From: a virus
DNA length: 64,000 nucleotides
IMG/VR virus record: IMGVR_UViG_3300045988_155525
Reading direction: 5' to 3' (one strand)
Within the stretch, counting starts at the first letter, position 1; every line of letters begins with the position of its first letter. Positions 52,729 through 61,982 of the stretch are shown piece after piece. Below the pieces are notes generated by a model that saw nothing but the letters and a program-made list of their open reading frames with translations, was not told the origin of the DNA and made no database searches. The position numbers and the translations under genes were made by a program.

Positions 52729-52781
52729 AAATTACTTATTTCCCCATAAAGGAAAAATAAGTAATTTCCTTTTATGGGAGG
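52729..52781. other. Interleaved inverted repeats A-B-A'-B'
   Basis: A = AAATTACTTATTT (52729-52741) pairs perfectly with A' = AAATAAGTAATTT (52755-52767). B = CCCATAAAGG (52743-52752) pairs with B' = CCTTTTATGGG (52768-52778) with one bulge. Confidence 0.85.
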
Positions 52782-52813
52782 AAAATAATAACAAATAAAG
52801 AAAGAAAAAAACT

Positions 52814-53497
52814 ATGAAAAACCAAATTAAAAATTTTTTAATAATCGGTACCTTAGCAATCTTAGGTATCCTAGTTTTTTTGTTAATAACTCAATCCAAA
52901 AAAATTGAGGATTTAAAAACCAAAAACAAATACCTTTCAAATACTACCGATACTGTGTATATTGAAAAACCTTTAAAGGTAGAACCTGAATATGTGTATA
53001 TTGAAAAACCGAAATATATAACCAAATACCTAGAATCAGAACCAAAAGAAATAAAAGAAATTCAAATCATACATGATACTGTTAGAGTGTATACTGATAA
53101 GTTTACTTCATTTGATATATCTTCAGAATTCTTAACTAGATACCCAAATACCGATAGGTTAATACAATTACTATTTACTGATGATAATCTACAATTAAGC
53201 TTGTTAGATGTCAAAGGTAATGTATTCTCTAAAACTTATGATATAAACACTGAACTATATTCATACAACTATGTTAACAATCAATTAAGTTGGAAAAGAA
53301 AACCATTCATTAAAAGATTTTCTCCAACATTGGGAATAACCTATAGACCTATCAACAGTATGTATGATTTAAGTTTAGGCTTAAAATACAATACTAGAAA
53401 AATTAATTATGAAGTAGGTTTGAATTCCTTCTATTACCCAAAATTTAAATCAGAATTAGGACTTGATGTATATTTGAGAATTAGTTACAACTTTTAG
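52814..53497 (+). CDS. Hypothetical membrane-anchored beta-rich protein with OMP-like C-terminus
   Basis: 227 aa with the N-terminal helix FLIIGTLAILGILVFLLI. The C-terminal third has an alternating aromatic/polar pattern and ends in LRISYNF with a terminal Phe. Confidence 0.55.
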   Translation: MKNQIKNFLIIGTLAILGILVFLLITQSKKIEDLKTKNKYLSNTTDTVYIEKPLKVEPEYVYIEKPKYITKYLESEPKEIKEIQIIHDTVRVYTDKFTSFDISSEFLTRYPNTDRLIQLLFTDDNLQLSLLDVKGNVFSKTYDINTELYSYNYVNNQLSWKRKPFIKRFSPTLGITYRPINSMYDLSLGLKYNTRKINYEVGLNSFYYPKFKSELGLDVYLRISYNF

Positions 53498-53503
53498 TAA
53501 GCC

Positions 53504-55999
53504 ATGCCAAGAAAGGATAAGATAAAAGAACAGAAATATCTTAATCAGGAACAACTAAAGACTTTAGCAAAGGTAAGTAAAGATGTATTTTTCTTTTCTA
53601 CCTTTTGTTATGTTGTAAATCCTGTAACTGGTATGGTTAAATTTGATTTATACCCATATCAAAAATCAGTATTGTATCAGTTTTTGAAAGAGAGGTTCAA
53701 TATAATCCTTAAGTTCAGACAAGCTGGTATAACTGAATTGATTGCTATGTATTGTTTATGGTTAACCATGTATCACCCAAATAAAAAGGTTAACATTATT
53801 TCAATCAAGGATACAGTAGCAAAGAAAGTTCTTAAAAAAATCAAGTTCATGTATAAAAATCTACCTTGGTATTTACAAACACCAATTACCAATGGTAGAT
53901 TTGGAGAATATGGTTCAGCATCTACAATTGAATTTTCAAATGGGTCAATAATAGAATCCATACCTACCTCTGACCAAGCTGGTCGTTCTGAATCTCTTTC
54001 TTTATTGGTTATTGATGAAGCAGCTATAGTTAGGTGGGCTTCTACTATATGGGCTTCTGCATTCCCAACCCTTTCAACTGGTGGTTCAGCTATTGTAAAT
54101 TCTTGTATCACTGGAGATACTCAGATAATCGGCAAAGATGGTTCCTTTAGGGTTGATTCTATATGTCCAAAGACTTTTGGTAAGATGGACATATCTCATC
54201 TTGGGCTAAAAGTATTATCACATACAGGTAAGTGGCAGAGAGTACTTGGTTCCGTAAATAAAGGTGTACTGAAAACTTGGGAAGTTCATAATGAACAAGG
54301 TAAAGTTATTAAGTGTACTCCAAAACATAAGCTATATACCATAGAGGGTTGGTTACCTGTTTCAGAAATAATCAAACGAGATATACCAGCTATATTTTAT
54401 CATACTGGTATAGGTGACCTGGAGCAGAATCCAGTAACTATAAAACCCAAGAAAGAAATATGTAAACCTATACCAGGCTATCCAAACTATGAAGTATCCA
54501 ACTGGGGGAGAATATTCATTATAAAAAATGGGACAAGGATAGAGAAGCTACCAAGACCATGTTCAGGTAGGGAACGATATCTTAATATTCAGCTTTGGAA
54601 TCAAGGTCAAAAGAAAAAGATATGTGTCCACAATTTGGTGGCTAAAGTATTCTTAGGAGAAATTCCAGAAGGGTATGTAGTTGACCACATTAACAACAAT
54701 CCTTCTGATAACTATGTAACCAACTTACAGATAGTTACAGTAGCTGAGAATGGTAAAAAAGCTGCAAAACATTCTTATGGAATGAGGCTTGGGTCTAAAT
54801 TGAAAGGTGGATTCAACTACGATTTAAGAGTGGTAGCTTACATAAGATATCGTTATCAGGAACTTGGTTACTATTATGGAGTATTAGAGAAGATATCCCA
54901 GGAGGTTGAGAATAAGTTCGGAGTTAAGCTGAGTAAACCTTATATTCAATGTGTTGTATCTGGTAAACGTGGTACTAGTATATACCTTTCTAAGCTAAAA
55001 GTAGTTAGGGAGTATTATGATACCATTTATGATATTTGTGTTGAAAATGATGAATCTTACCTCATAAATGAAGACTATGTGTCTCATAACACGCCTTACG
55101 GTATAGGTAATTTCTTTCATGGTACTTGGGTAGATGCTTTATCTGGTGGTAACCCATTTAACCCAATAAGGTTATATTGGCAAATGCACCCAGAAAGAGA
55201 TGAAAAATGGTATCTAGAAATGTCAAGTGCTCTTGGTCCTAAAAGAACTGCACAAGAAATAGATGGTGACTTTTTATCTTCAGGTAATACAGTATTTGAT
55301 TTAGTTGATATAAAAGCCATAGAAGATACTCTTAGTGAATATACTCCAATTAAAACTAGGTTAGGAGGACAATACCGAGAATTTAACGAACCAATAGATG
55401 GTACAGATTACTATATAGGAGCAGACTGTGCAACTGGTAGAGGTACAGACTACTCCTCTTTTACTTGTATGGATTCCAAAGGAGAAGAACAAGTAATATA
55501 CAAAGGTAAGATACCACTAAACCAGTATGCTAAACTTCTAGGAGATACTGGAGAAAAGTTTAATTTTGCCAAAATTGCTCCAGAAACCAATGATATTGGT
55601 ATGGCAGTAACTTTACAACTTCAAGATGAAGGTTATCCTAACTTATACTTCTCTACAAAACTTCTGAAAAATAAAAAAGGAGGTAGACCAGAAGAAGAAA
55701 AAGTACCTGGATGGTTAACTACTCAGAAAAATAGGAGCCTAATTATTGAAAGCTTAGAGAAAGACATAAGAGAAGATTTGTTAATAATCAAAGACCCATT
55801 TTTTGTACAAGAAGCCTATACATTCATATATGATGGTTTAGGTAGACCAGTTGCTAGGGGTAAACATAAGTCATTAAATTCTTCAATTGATATAGATTTA
55901 GAAGCTCAGGCTTATTCTGATGATGATATATTTGGCAAAGCTATATGTAACCATATAAGAAAATCCCCCAGAAATGATACCATTGTTTTACCTCTGTAA
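53504..55999 (+). CDS. Terminase large subunit, interrupted by an intein
   Basis: The N-extein has KFRQAGITE and a Walker B LLVIDEAA. The junction SAIVNS|C...HN|TPYGIGNFFHG restores a conserved terminase S-TP-G-N-F segment. The C-extein is nuclease-like. The mature protein would be ~502 aa. Confidence 0.8.
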   Translation: MPRKDKIKEQKYLNQEQLKTLAKVSKDVFFFSTFCYVVNPVTGMVKFDLYPYQKSVLYQFLKERFNIILKFRQAGITELIAMYCLWLTMYHPNKKVNIISIKDTVAKKVLKKIKFMYKNLPWYLQTPITNGRFGEYGSASTIEFSNGSIIESIPTSDQAGRSESLSLLVIDEAAIVRWASTIWASAFPTLSTGGSAIVNSCITGDTQIIGKDGSFRVDSICPKTFGKMDISHLGLKVLSHTGKWQRVLGSVNKGVLKTWEVHNEQGKVIKCTPKHKLYTIEGWLPVSEIIKRDIPAIFYHTGIGDLEQNPVTIKPKKEICKPIPGYPNYEVSNWGRIFIIKNGTRIEKLPRPCSGRERYLNIQLWNQGQKKKICVHNLVAKVFLGEIPEGYVVDHINNNPSDNYVTNLQIVTVAENGKKAAKHSYGMRLGSKLKGGFNYDLRVVAYIRYRYQELGYYYGVLEKISQEVENKFGVKLSKPYIQCVVSGKRGTSIYLSKLKVVREYYDTIYDICVENDESYLINEDYVSHNTPYGIGNFFHGTWVDALSGGNPFNPIRLYWQMHPERDEKWYLEMSSALGPKRTAQEIDGDFLSSGNTVFDLVDIKAIEDTLSEYTPIKTRLGGQYREFNEPIDGTDYYIGADCATGRGTDYSSFTCMDSKGEEQVIYKGKIPLNQYAKLLGDTGEKFNFAKIAPETNDIGMAVTLQLQDEGYPNLYFSTKLLKNKKGGRPEEEKVPGWLTTQKNRSLIIESLEKDIREDLLIIKDPFFVQEAYTFIYDGLGRPVARGKHKSLNSSIDIDLEAQAYSDDDIFGKAICNHIRKSPRNDTIVLPL
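54104..55090 (+). mobile_element. Intein (329 aa) carrying an HNH-type (NUMOD4 + HNH_3-like) homing endonuclease
   Basis: Block A CITGDTQIIGKDG (Cys1 at 54104), block B CTPKHKLYT, and blocks F/G IYDICVENDESYLINEDYVSHN followed by Thr+1 (55091). The insert has YPNYEVSNWGRIF and HNLVAKVFLGEIPEGYVVDHINNNPSDNYVTNLQ. Confidence 0.8.
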
Positions 56000-56017
56000 A
56001 TCAAATTTCAAAATCAT

Positions 56018-57499
56018 ATGCCTAAATTAAATTGGAAAATTTTTAGTAGGAAACCAGTTGAGAAGGATATCCCTACTAAAATCAGTCAGAAAGAAGATGA
56101 GAAAAGTGATGGTACTATTTCCCCCGGTAGAGTATCAGTTCCTGATAATAGTGGTATAATCTCTACTTTAAAAAATCTTACCAATCTGGTAGAACCATCC
56201 TTTAGGAAAGAGTTAATACCATTAATAAGAGACCTTTATAAGGTAAATCCAGATGTAAGTATATCTTTACAGGATATGTTTAAATTGGCTAATACTGGCC
56301 ATACTATATCATTTCCAAAAGATACCTCAGAGAACTCTGAACGTATGTTAAATCATCTACAAGAAGTTTCTAAAAAATGGAGTAGATATACTGCTGGGGT
56401 AGATGGTTTAGTAAATAAATTTATTGTACAATGTTTGATTAGTGGAGCAATATCCATAGAAGCTATACCCAATGAAAATTTAGATGGTTTATCTACAATT
56501 GTTTTCCTTAACCCAGAAAATATCATTTTTAGACGTTTGAATAATGGAGTATATCAACCATACCAAATAAATCAAAATATGATTACTAACGGTAAGCCTC
56601 AGTATATAAAGTTAAATACTGAGACTTATTTGTATGTTAGTATGTATAATGATATAGATGAACCATATGGAGTACCTCCTTTTATAGCAGCCTTAGATTC
56701 CCTAAAAGGTCAACATGATATGAGGTTGAATTTTAAACATATCATGGAGTTGATGGGTATGGTAGGTTTTCTAGAGGCAAAAATGGAAAAACCTGCTAGA
56801 AAACCCTCGGAATCAGAAACTGAATATAGTGCTAGGCTGTCTGGTTTACTAAGGAAGTTGAAAACTAACTTAATGGGTGGTTTAAGTGATGGTGTAGTAA
56901 CAGGTTTTAAAGAAGACCATGAATTCAAATTAAATTCAACTACACAATCACTTCAAAATATAGAACAACCATGGAGGATGAATCAACAATCTGTAGCCAA
57001 TGGTTTAGGAGTAAACAGTAGTTTGATAGGAGTACAAACTAATAATACTGAAGGTGGGGCTGGTATTTCCTTATCTAAGATGATATCCCAGTTGAGAAAT
57101 ATACAAATGCTAGTAAAATATGTACTAGAATTTATCTACTCTCTAGAATTAAGGTTAGCGGGATTTAACAACAAAGGAGTAAAAGTTACCTTTGGTACTT
57201 CAACTATCTCAGATGAATTAAAAGTACAACAGGGACTTGAGTACAAGATAAGGAATTTATCAGCCTTATATGATAGGGGTATTATAAGTCAGGAACAATT
57301 TGCTTGGGAGATGGGTTATGATAAACCTGATATGTTAGAACCCAGAGTAAATAAAGAAGGTAGTGATACTATAAGTACCCCTGAAGAAAATGCTAAAAAA
57401 CAAAAAAGAGAAGCAGATAAAGATACATCGGATAGGAGGGTTAGAGATAAAAAGAATCCTAATCCCAAAAGAGGTGACCAAGATACTCGTACTAGATAA
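56018..57499 (+). CDS. Portal protein
   Basis: 493 aa directly after the terminase. The size and charged C-tail are typical. The call rests mainly on synteny. Confidence 0.65.
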   Translation: MPKLNWKIFSRKPVEKDIPTKISQKEDEKSDGTISPGRVSVPDNSGIISTLKNLTNLVEPSFRKELIPLIRDLYKVNPDVSISLQDMFKLANTGHTISFPKDTSENSERMLNHLQEVSKKWSRYTAGVDGLVNKFIVQCLISGAISIEAIPNENLDGLSTIVFLNPENIIFRRLNNGVYQPYQINQNMITNGKPQYIKLNTETYLYVSMYNDIDEPYGVPPFIAALDSLKGQHDMRLNFKHIMELMGMVGFLEAKMEKPARKPSESETEYSARLSGLLRKLKTNLMGGLSDGVVTGFKEDHEFKLNSTTQSLQNIEQPWRMNQQSVANGLGVNSSLIGVQTNNTEGGAGISLSKMISQLRNIQMLVKYVLEFIYSLELRLAGFNNKGVKVTFGTSTISDELKVQQGLEYKIRNLSALYDRGIISQEQFAWEMGYDKPDMLEPRVNKEGSDTISTPEENAKKQKREADKDTSDRRVRDKKNPNPKRGDQDTRTR

Positions 57500-57531
57500 C
57501 AGTCAATATTAAATTTCAAATATCCAAAAAT

Positions 57532-58995
57532 ATGAAAGAAAAAATTTATAGTGATACTATGATACTTGGTTCAGGTCATAGTATGTTAGTATCTCATGTA
57601 CCTGGTATAAAATTAGAACCAGGTATTATATCAGATAAGTTTTATGAGGTATCTAAAAAGGACCAAGAGAGTGTAGATAAGTTTGGGTTATTTGGTAGTA
57701 ATTCAAATTATAATACTTACTATCCCGATGTTAAACCAGAACAGTTTAATCCCAGGGAAGAGGAGTTCATAGAACCTATGTTCAGGATGTTATCGGCATG
57801 TATAGTAGCTAAAAATTACATGCCAACTGAATTTACTGAAAAGGTTCTTAAAGAGTCCATGAGTTTATTGGTTGGTCAAACTGTTAATTGTGACCATGAG
57901 ACAGATGTAGCTAATGCTATAGGTTCCATAAAATCAGTAGTATGGCAAAATAAATATACTGATAATGGTATAGAGATTCCTGGTGGTATAAATGCTGTAT
58001 TAAAAATAGATGGAATTTCTAATCCTCGTATAGTTAGAGGTATATACATGGACCCTCCTTCTATACACTCTAATTCAGTAACTGTAAAATTTGAATGGAA
58101 ACCCTCTCATAATTTTGAGAAAGAGTGGGAATTCTATGATAATTTGGGTAAGTACATGGATGATGGTACTATGGTACGTAGGATAGTTACTAAAATTATA
58201 TCCTATAAAGAAACTTCCTTGGTATCCCATGGTGCAGACCCATTTGCCCAATTAATAAAGGATGGCAAGATAAATAATCCTCAATATGCAGGGGCTGAGT
58301 ATTATTCTTTCTCGGATATGCAACCAATGAGTATCGATGAATTGAAAAGTAAGCTATCATTCTTCGACTTTAAGGGATGCAAAGAGGTAGATATAATGTA
58401 CAATACCAGTAAAATAAATAATAAAGGGAATATTTTTAACCAAAACAAAAATGAAAATATGAATGAAGAATTAAGTAAATTTCTTGATGAGGTATTCAAG
58501 GAAGGTACATTAAGTTTAATTGATGGTGAGAATCCTAACTTGGACTTAGTACTTAACAAAGTAAAAGAGTTGGTATCTGAAACTACTTCTTTAAAAGAGA
58601 ATTTAGCTAATGCTGAAAAAAATGTAAATGAATTAAAGGAACAAGTAGTTAAAGCTACTAATACAAATAAAGATTTAGTAGAAATTGGTACTGCTCATTT
58701 AAAGGAAGTAAAGGAGTCTGTAGTAGTTTCTTACAAGAAATTAGAAGGTGAAAAAGTAGATGAAAATATTTTAAACCTGATTGAAAGTACCAATAATTTA
58801 GAAACTCTCTTAGCTTTAAAGGATTCATATGATAGGTCCCTTAATGAGAAATTCCCTTTACATTGTGATGATTGTGGTTCACATAATGTAAGTAGGGGTT
58901 CTAGTATAAGTGTTGATAGCAATAAAGAAGAGTATGAAGATAGTAATCCCTACCAGACTTTAAGAAGCATTGCTGATTCTAAACTCAGGAAGTAA
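57532..58995 (+). CDS. Prohead protease with C-terminal scaffold-like coiled coil, putative
   Basis: 487 aa between portal and capsid genes. ETSLVSHGADPFAQ resembles the conserved E.SlV..pA.p.A segment of caudoviral prohead proteases. The C-terminal ~170 aa are coiled-coil-like. Confidence 0.45.
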   Translation: MKEKIYSDTMILGSGHSMLVSHVPGIKLEPGIISDKFYEVSKKDQESVDKFGLFGSNSNYNTYYPDVKPEQFNPREEEFIEPMFRMLSACIVAKNYMPTEFTEKVLKESMSLLVGQTVNCDHETDVANAIGSIKSVVWQNKYTDNGIEIPGGINAVLKIDGISNPRIVRGIYMDPPSIHSNSVTVKFEWKPSHNFEKEWEFYDNLGKYMDDGTMVRRIVTKIISYKETSLVSHGADPFAQLIKDGKINNPQYAGAEYYSFSDMQPMSIDELKSKLSFFDFKGCKEVDIMYNTSKINNKGNIFNQNKNENMNEELSKFLDEVFKEGTLSLIDGENPNLDLVLNKVKELVSETTSLKENLANAEKNVNELKEQVVKATNTNKDLVEIGTAHLKEVKESVVVSYKKLEGEKVDENILNLIESTNNLETLLALKDSYDRSLNEKFPLHCDDCGSHNVSRGSSISVDSNKEEYEDSNPYQTLRSIADSKLRK

Positions 58996-59036
58996 TTAAA
59001 ATCCAATAATTTAATAACTTTAATATTTTAATCAAA

Positions 59037-59495
59037 ATGAAATTTAACAATCTTCAGACTATGGCTAAGGTGGGTACTCCTACCCCCAAAGCTGTGATTC
59101 ATAAAAGTGAATCTTATAAGCTTCATCAAGCTTTCCCAGTAAAATCTGGACAAACCATTATTCAAGGGCAGCCTGTTGCTCTTAATACCGATGGTACTAT
59201 CCAACCTTATTATGGTACTGGAGTATTTCTTGGTATTGCGGTAACTAATAGTGAATATCCTGCATATCCTGCAACAGCTTTAGGTGTAGAAGTAACTGTA
59301 ATGGTACAAGCTTATGCTATTGTATATGGTTTGGCCCAAGCTGCTTTGGATGCTGGTCCTGTTGTTCCTGTAAGTCTTAGTGAAGATTCTATTTATGTAA
59401 CCTATAAAAGGGATGAAGCAGAGGGACATCCCACATTTATTTCCATAAACCCCGCAACTGAAGCTAATGAGCTTATCCAAATTTTAGTACGTTAA
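59037..59495 (+). CDS. Head decoration/cement-like protein, putative
   Basis: 152-aa Gly/Ala/Val-rich ORF immediately upstream of the major capsid gene. Confidence 0.3.
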   Translation: MKFNNLQTMAKVGTPTPKAVIHKSESYKLHQAFPVKSGQTIIQGQPVALNTDGTIQPYYGTGVFLGIAVTNSEYPAYPATALGVEVTVMVQAYAIVYGLAQAALDAGPVVPVSLSEDSIYVTYKRDEAEGHPTFISINPATEANELIQILVR

Positions 59496-59534
59496 AAAAC
59501 AATCATTGAAAATAAATTTTTTATATCTTAAATC

Positions 59535-60647
59535 ATGGTAGATATTAGTAAGTACAAATCCGAGGATTTTGTTAGGGAATTACCTAACACGATTCAGCAA
59601 TTGGACGCTTTTCGTTCTGGTTCCAATAACAGTAGGCCTGTAGATATATCCTTAGAGGATTTTGTAAAGAGTAGGTATGCTATTTCCATGGATGATTATA
59701 TGGAAAAGCTTGGTATTAATCCCAAAGTTGATACCATGTATAATATCTTTACAATGCCCGACCCCTCTATTAGGTGGATAGTACCTGAAATTATACGTAA
59801 TGCTATCTATCTGGGGATGAAAGAAGCACCTTTCTACCCCAATATCATTTCTTCTGACCAGGCAATCAATGGGTTATCAGCTATTATGCCCTTTGTTAAT
59901 CCTTCCGATGCTGCTCCCAATAAGGTTAATGAGGCCGAAACTATTCCCTTGGGGGATGTTAGCTTTGGGCAGAAGACTGTAAAACTTTTCAAAGTAGGTA
60001 AAGGTTTTAAGATTACTGATGAGGTAAGGAATTATGTATCTCTTGATGTAATGGGTATCTTTATAAGGGATTTTGGAGTACAACTCGGTTATGCTCTTGA
60101 TACCTTAGCAATGGATATTCTTATCAATGGTAACCAACCTGATGGTTCTGAATCTGCTCCTGTAATTGGTGTAGATAACACTACTAACGGTATTCAGTAC
60201 AAAGATATCTTAAGGGTATGGATTCGTGCATCTAGGTTGGGTAGGAATTTCCGTACTATGATTGGTGGGGAGGATGTAGCTCTCCAAGTATTAGACCTTT
60301 CTGAGTTTAAGAATAGGCAGTCTGGTACTCCTATGACTACACTTAATCTTAAGACACCTGTACCTACGGATGCAGATTTCTATATCCATCCTGGAGTACC
60401 TGATAATGAGTTGATGCTTATTGACCCTCGTGCTGCTCTTATTAAACTTACTGCAAGGCAGTTAATGCTTGAGTCTGAACGAATTGTATCTAATCAAACT
60501 GAAGCAATCTATGCTACTATTACTACTGGCTTCTCCAAGATGTATCAGGATGCTAGTGTATTGCTTGATGGTAGCAAAGAGTTCACTGATAGTGGGTTTC
60601 CCGATTACATGGATGTAGACCCCTACTTATCCATTAATATTCAGTAA
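59535..60647 (+). CDS. Major capsid protein
   Basis: 370 aa. It follows the protease/scaffold and small decoration-like genes, and the strongest GC hairpin terminator of the module follows it. Confidence 0.65.
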   Translation: MVDISKYKSEDFVRELPNTIQQLDAFRSGSNNSRPVDISLEDFVKSRYAISMDDYMEKLGINPKVDTMYNIFTMPDPSIRWIVPEIIRNAIYLGMKEAPFYPNIISSDQAINGLSAIMPFVNPSDAAPNKVNEAETIPLGDVSFGQKTVKLFKVGKGFKITDEVRNYVSLDVMGIFIRDFGVQLGYALDTLAMDILINGNQPDGSESAPVIGVDNTTNGIQYKDILRVWIRASRLGRNFRTMIGGEDVALQVLDLSEFKNRQSGTPMTTLNLKTPVPTDADFYIHPGVPDNELMLIDPRAALIKLTARQLMLESERIVSNQTEAIYATITTGFSKMYQDASVLLDGSKEFTDSGFPDYMDVDPYLSINIQ

Positions 60648-60658
60648 AAACAGGTTTG

Positions 60659-60691
60659 GTGGTGGAGAAATAAATACTCCACCACTTTTTT
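60659..60691 (+). terminator. Rho-independent terminator after capsid gene
   Basis: GTGGTGGAG (60659-60667) pairs with CTCCACCAC (60677-60685), followed by TTTTTT. Confidence 0.8.
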
Positions 60692-60720
60692 CAGTTTAAT
60701 AATCAAAAGAAAACTCAACT

Positions 60721-61104
60721 ATGTCATATAAAGTAACAACAGGAAAGAATGCTGGTATATTTCATGACCAATCTACTGGCATAACTGTAAAAAAAGGAGA
60801 AGTAGTAACTTTAACTAATGCTCAGTATCAATCCAGGAGAGTAAAGGCTGCTTTAAATGGAGGTCATCTGGTTATTGCAGTAGATGGTATTACTAATACT
60901 GAGCCTAAATATAGTGTTGAAGAACGTACCAATACCATAAAAGATATGGTAAAAAATGGTATTGATGTAAAAAAGATTAAGAAAGCTTTTACTATGCAAG
61001 AATTATCTGATATTGCTTCTTCTATGGATATTGAAGTAGAGAGTGGTGATACTAAAGATACCTTAGTACAAGCTATTGTTGAAGAATTTACTTCTGAATC
61101 CTAG
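60721..61104 (+). CDS. Hypothetical structural-module protein with C-terminal SAP/Rho_N-like helix pair
   Basis: 127 aa. FTMQELSDIASSMDIEVESGDTKDTLVQAIVEEF resembles Rho N-terminal/SAP-type motifs. Confidence 0.4.
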   Translation: MSYKVTTGKNAGIFHDQSTGITVKKGEVVTLTNAQYQSRRVKAALNGGHLVIAVDGITNTEPKYSVEERTNTIKDMVKNGIDVKKIKKAFTMQELSDIASSMDIEVESGDTKDTLVQAIVEEFTSES

Positions 61105-61125
61105 AATATTAATCAGTAATTTGAT

Positions 61126-61977
61126 ATGGTAGTAGATTATAATTTTACTACTGTAGGTTTAGAAGTAAGTTTTGATAATTTATCTGAAGGAGTCCCAGTT
61201 GGTTATTTATACCGCTGGGACTTTGGAGATAATAGTAACTCAGAAGAGGAAAATCCAATACATGTATATGGTAAATCCAAATTCTACAAAGTTATATTAT
61301 CAGTATTGAATAATGACCTACAAGTAGTTGGACAATGTACCCAAAAAGTAGCTGTATCAAATGTAGTAAAAACTACCTTATCAGATACTATCTATAAACT
61401 TATAGATACCTACATTCCAACTAACATATTTGGGTACATTCCTATAAATGTTAAGAAACAATTCATTGAAAAATGGCAGTTGTATATACAACCACTAGTA
61501 AATCATAAAATCCCAATAGAAGAATATAATAATGAATTATATTATGAAGCTCTAGAAAATCAACTAATAATGGAATTAGCTGCCTATGATTATATGGTAG
61601 TAGGAATATCCAATATGTTAAAAGCTACATACAATATTGTATTATCAAATAATTCCAGTCAAGATAATATTTCAGATGTAGAAGATGGTGATAGTAATGG
61701 CAATATAAAAGCCATAAAAACTGGTCCTACTGAAGTAGAGTATTTTAATGCTTCAGAAATGGATTCTGAATATACATCTAACCTAATTAAAGCAATGCAA
61801 CCAGGTGGAGTAGTAGATTTGATTAGGCAAAATTTATGTATGTTAGCTGATAGGTTAGATATATTACTCCCTATATGTAACAATCCTATGAGTAAAGTAG
61901 TTGTACCAAGAGTTGTTAATAGGAGAGATTCTAATGGGTTAAAAGGACCAGACCCCTTTATAGTTGTAAATAAGTAA
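61126..61977 (+). CDS. PKD-domain-containing structural protein
   Basis: The N-terminal FTTVGLEVSFDNLSEGVPVGYLYRWDFGDNSNSEEENPIHVYGKSKFYKVILSV fits the PKD pattern (WDFGDG...HtY...G.Y.V.L.v). Confidence 0.55.
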   Translation: MVVDYNFTTVGLEVSFDNLSEGVPVGYLYRWDFGDNSNSEEENPIHVYGKSKFYKVILSVLNNDLQVVGQCTQKVAVSNVVKTTLSDTIYKLIDTYIPTNIFGYIPINVKKQFIEKWQLYIQPLVNHKIPIEEYNNELYYEALENQLIMELAAYDYMVVGISNMLKATYNIVLSNNSSQDNISDVEDGDSNGNIKAIKTGPTEVEYFNASEMDSEYTSNLIKAMQPGGVVDLIRQNLCMLADRLDILLPICNNPMSKVVVPRVVNRRDSNGLKGPDPFIVVNK

Positions 61978-61982
61978 GTAGT

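Noticed and set aside
56003-57518. Shared AAATTTCAAA word upstream of the portal gene (56003) and the protease gene (57509) as a late promoter motif
   Set aside because: There are only two copies of a 10-nt AT-only word in AT-rich DNA, and it is absent upstream of other late genes inspected.
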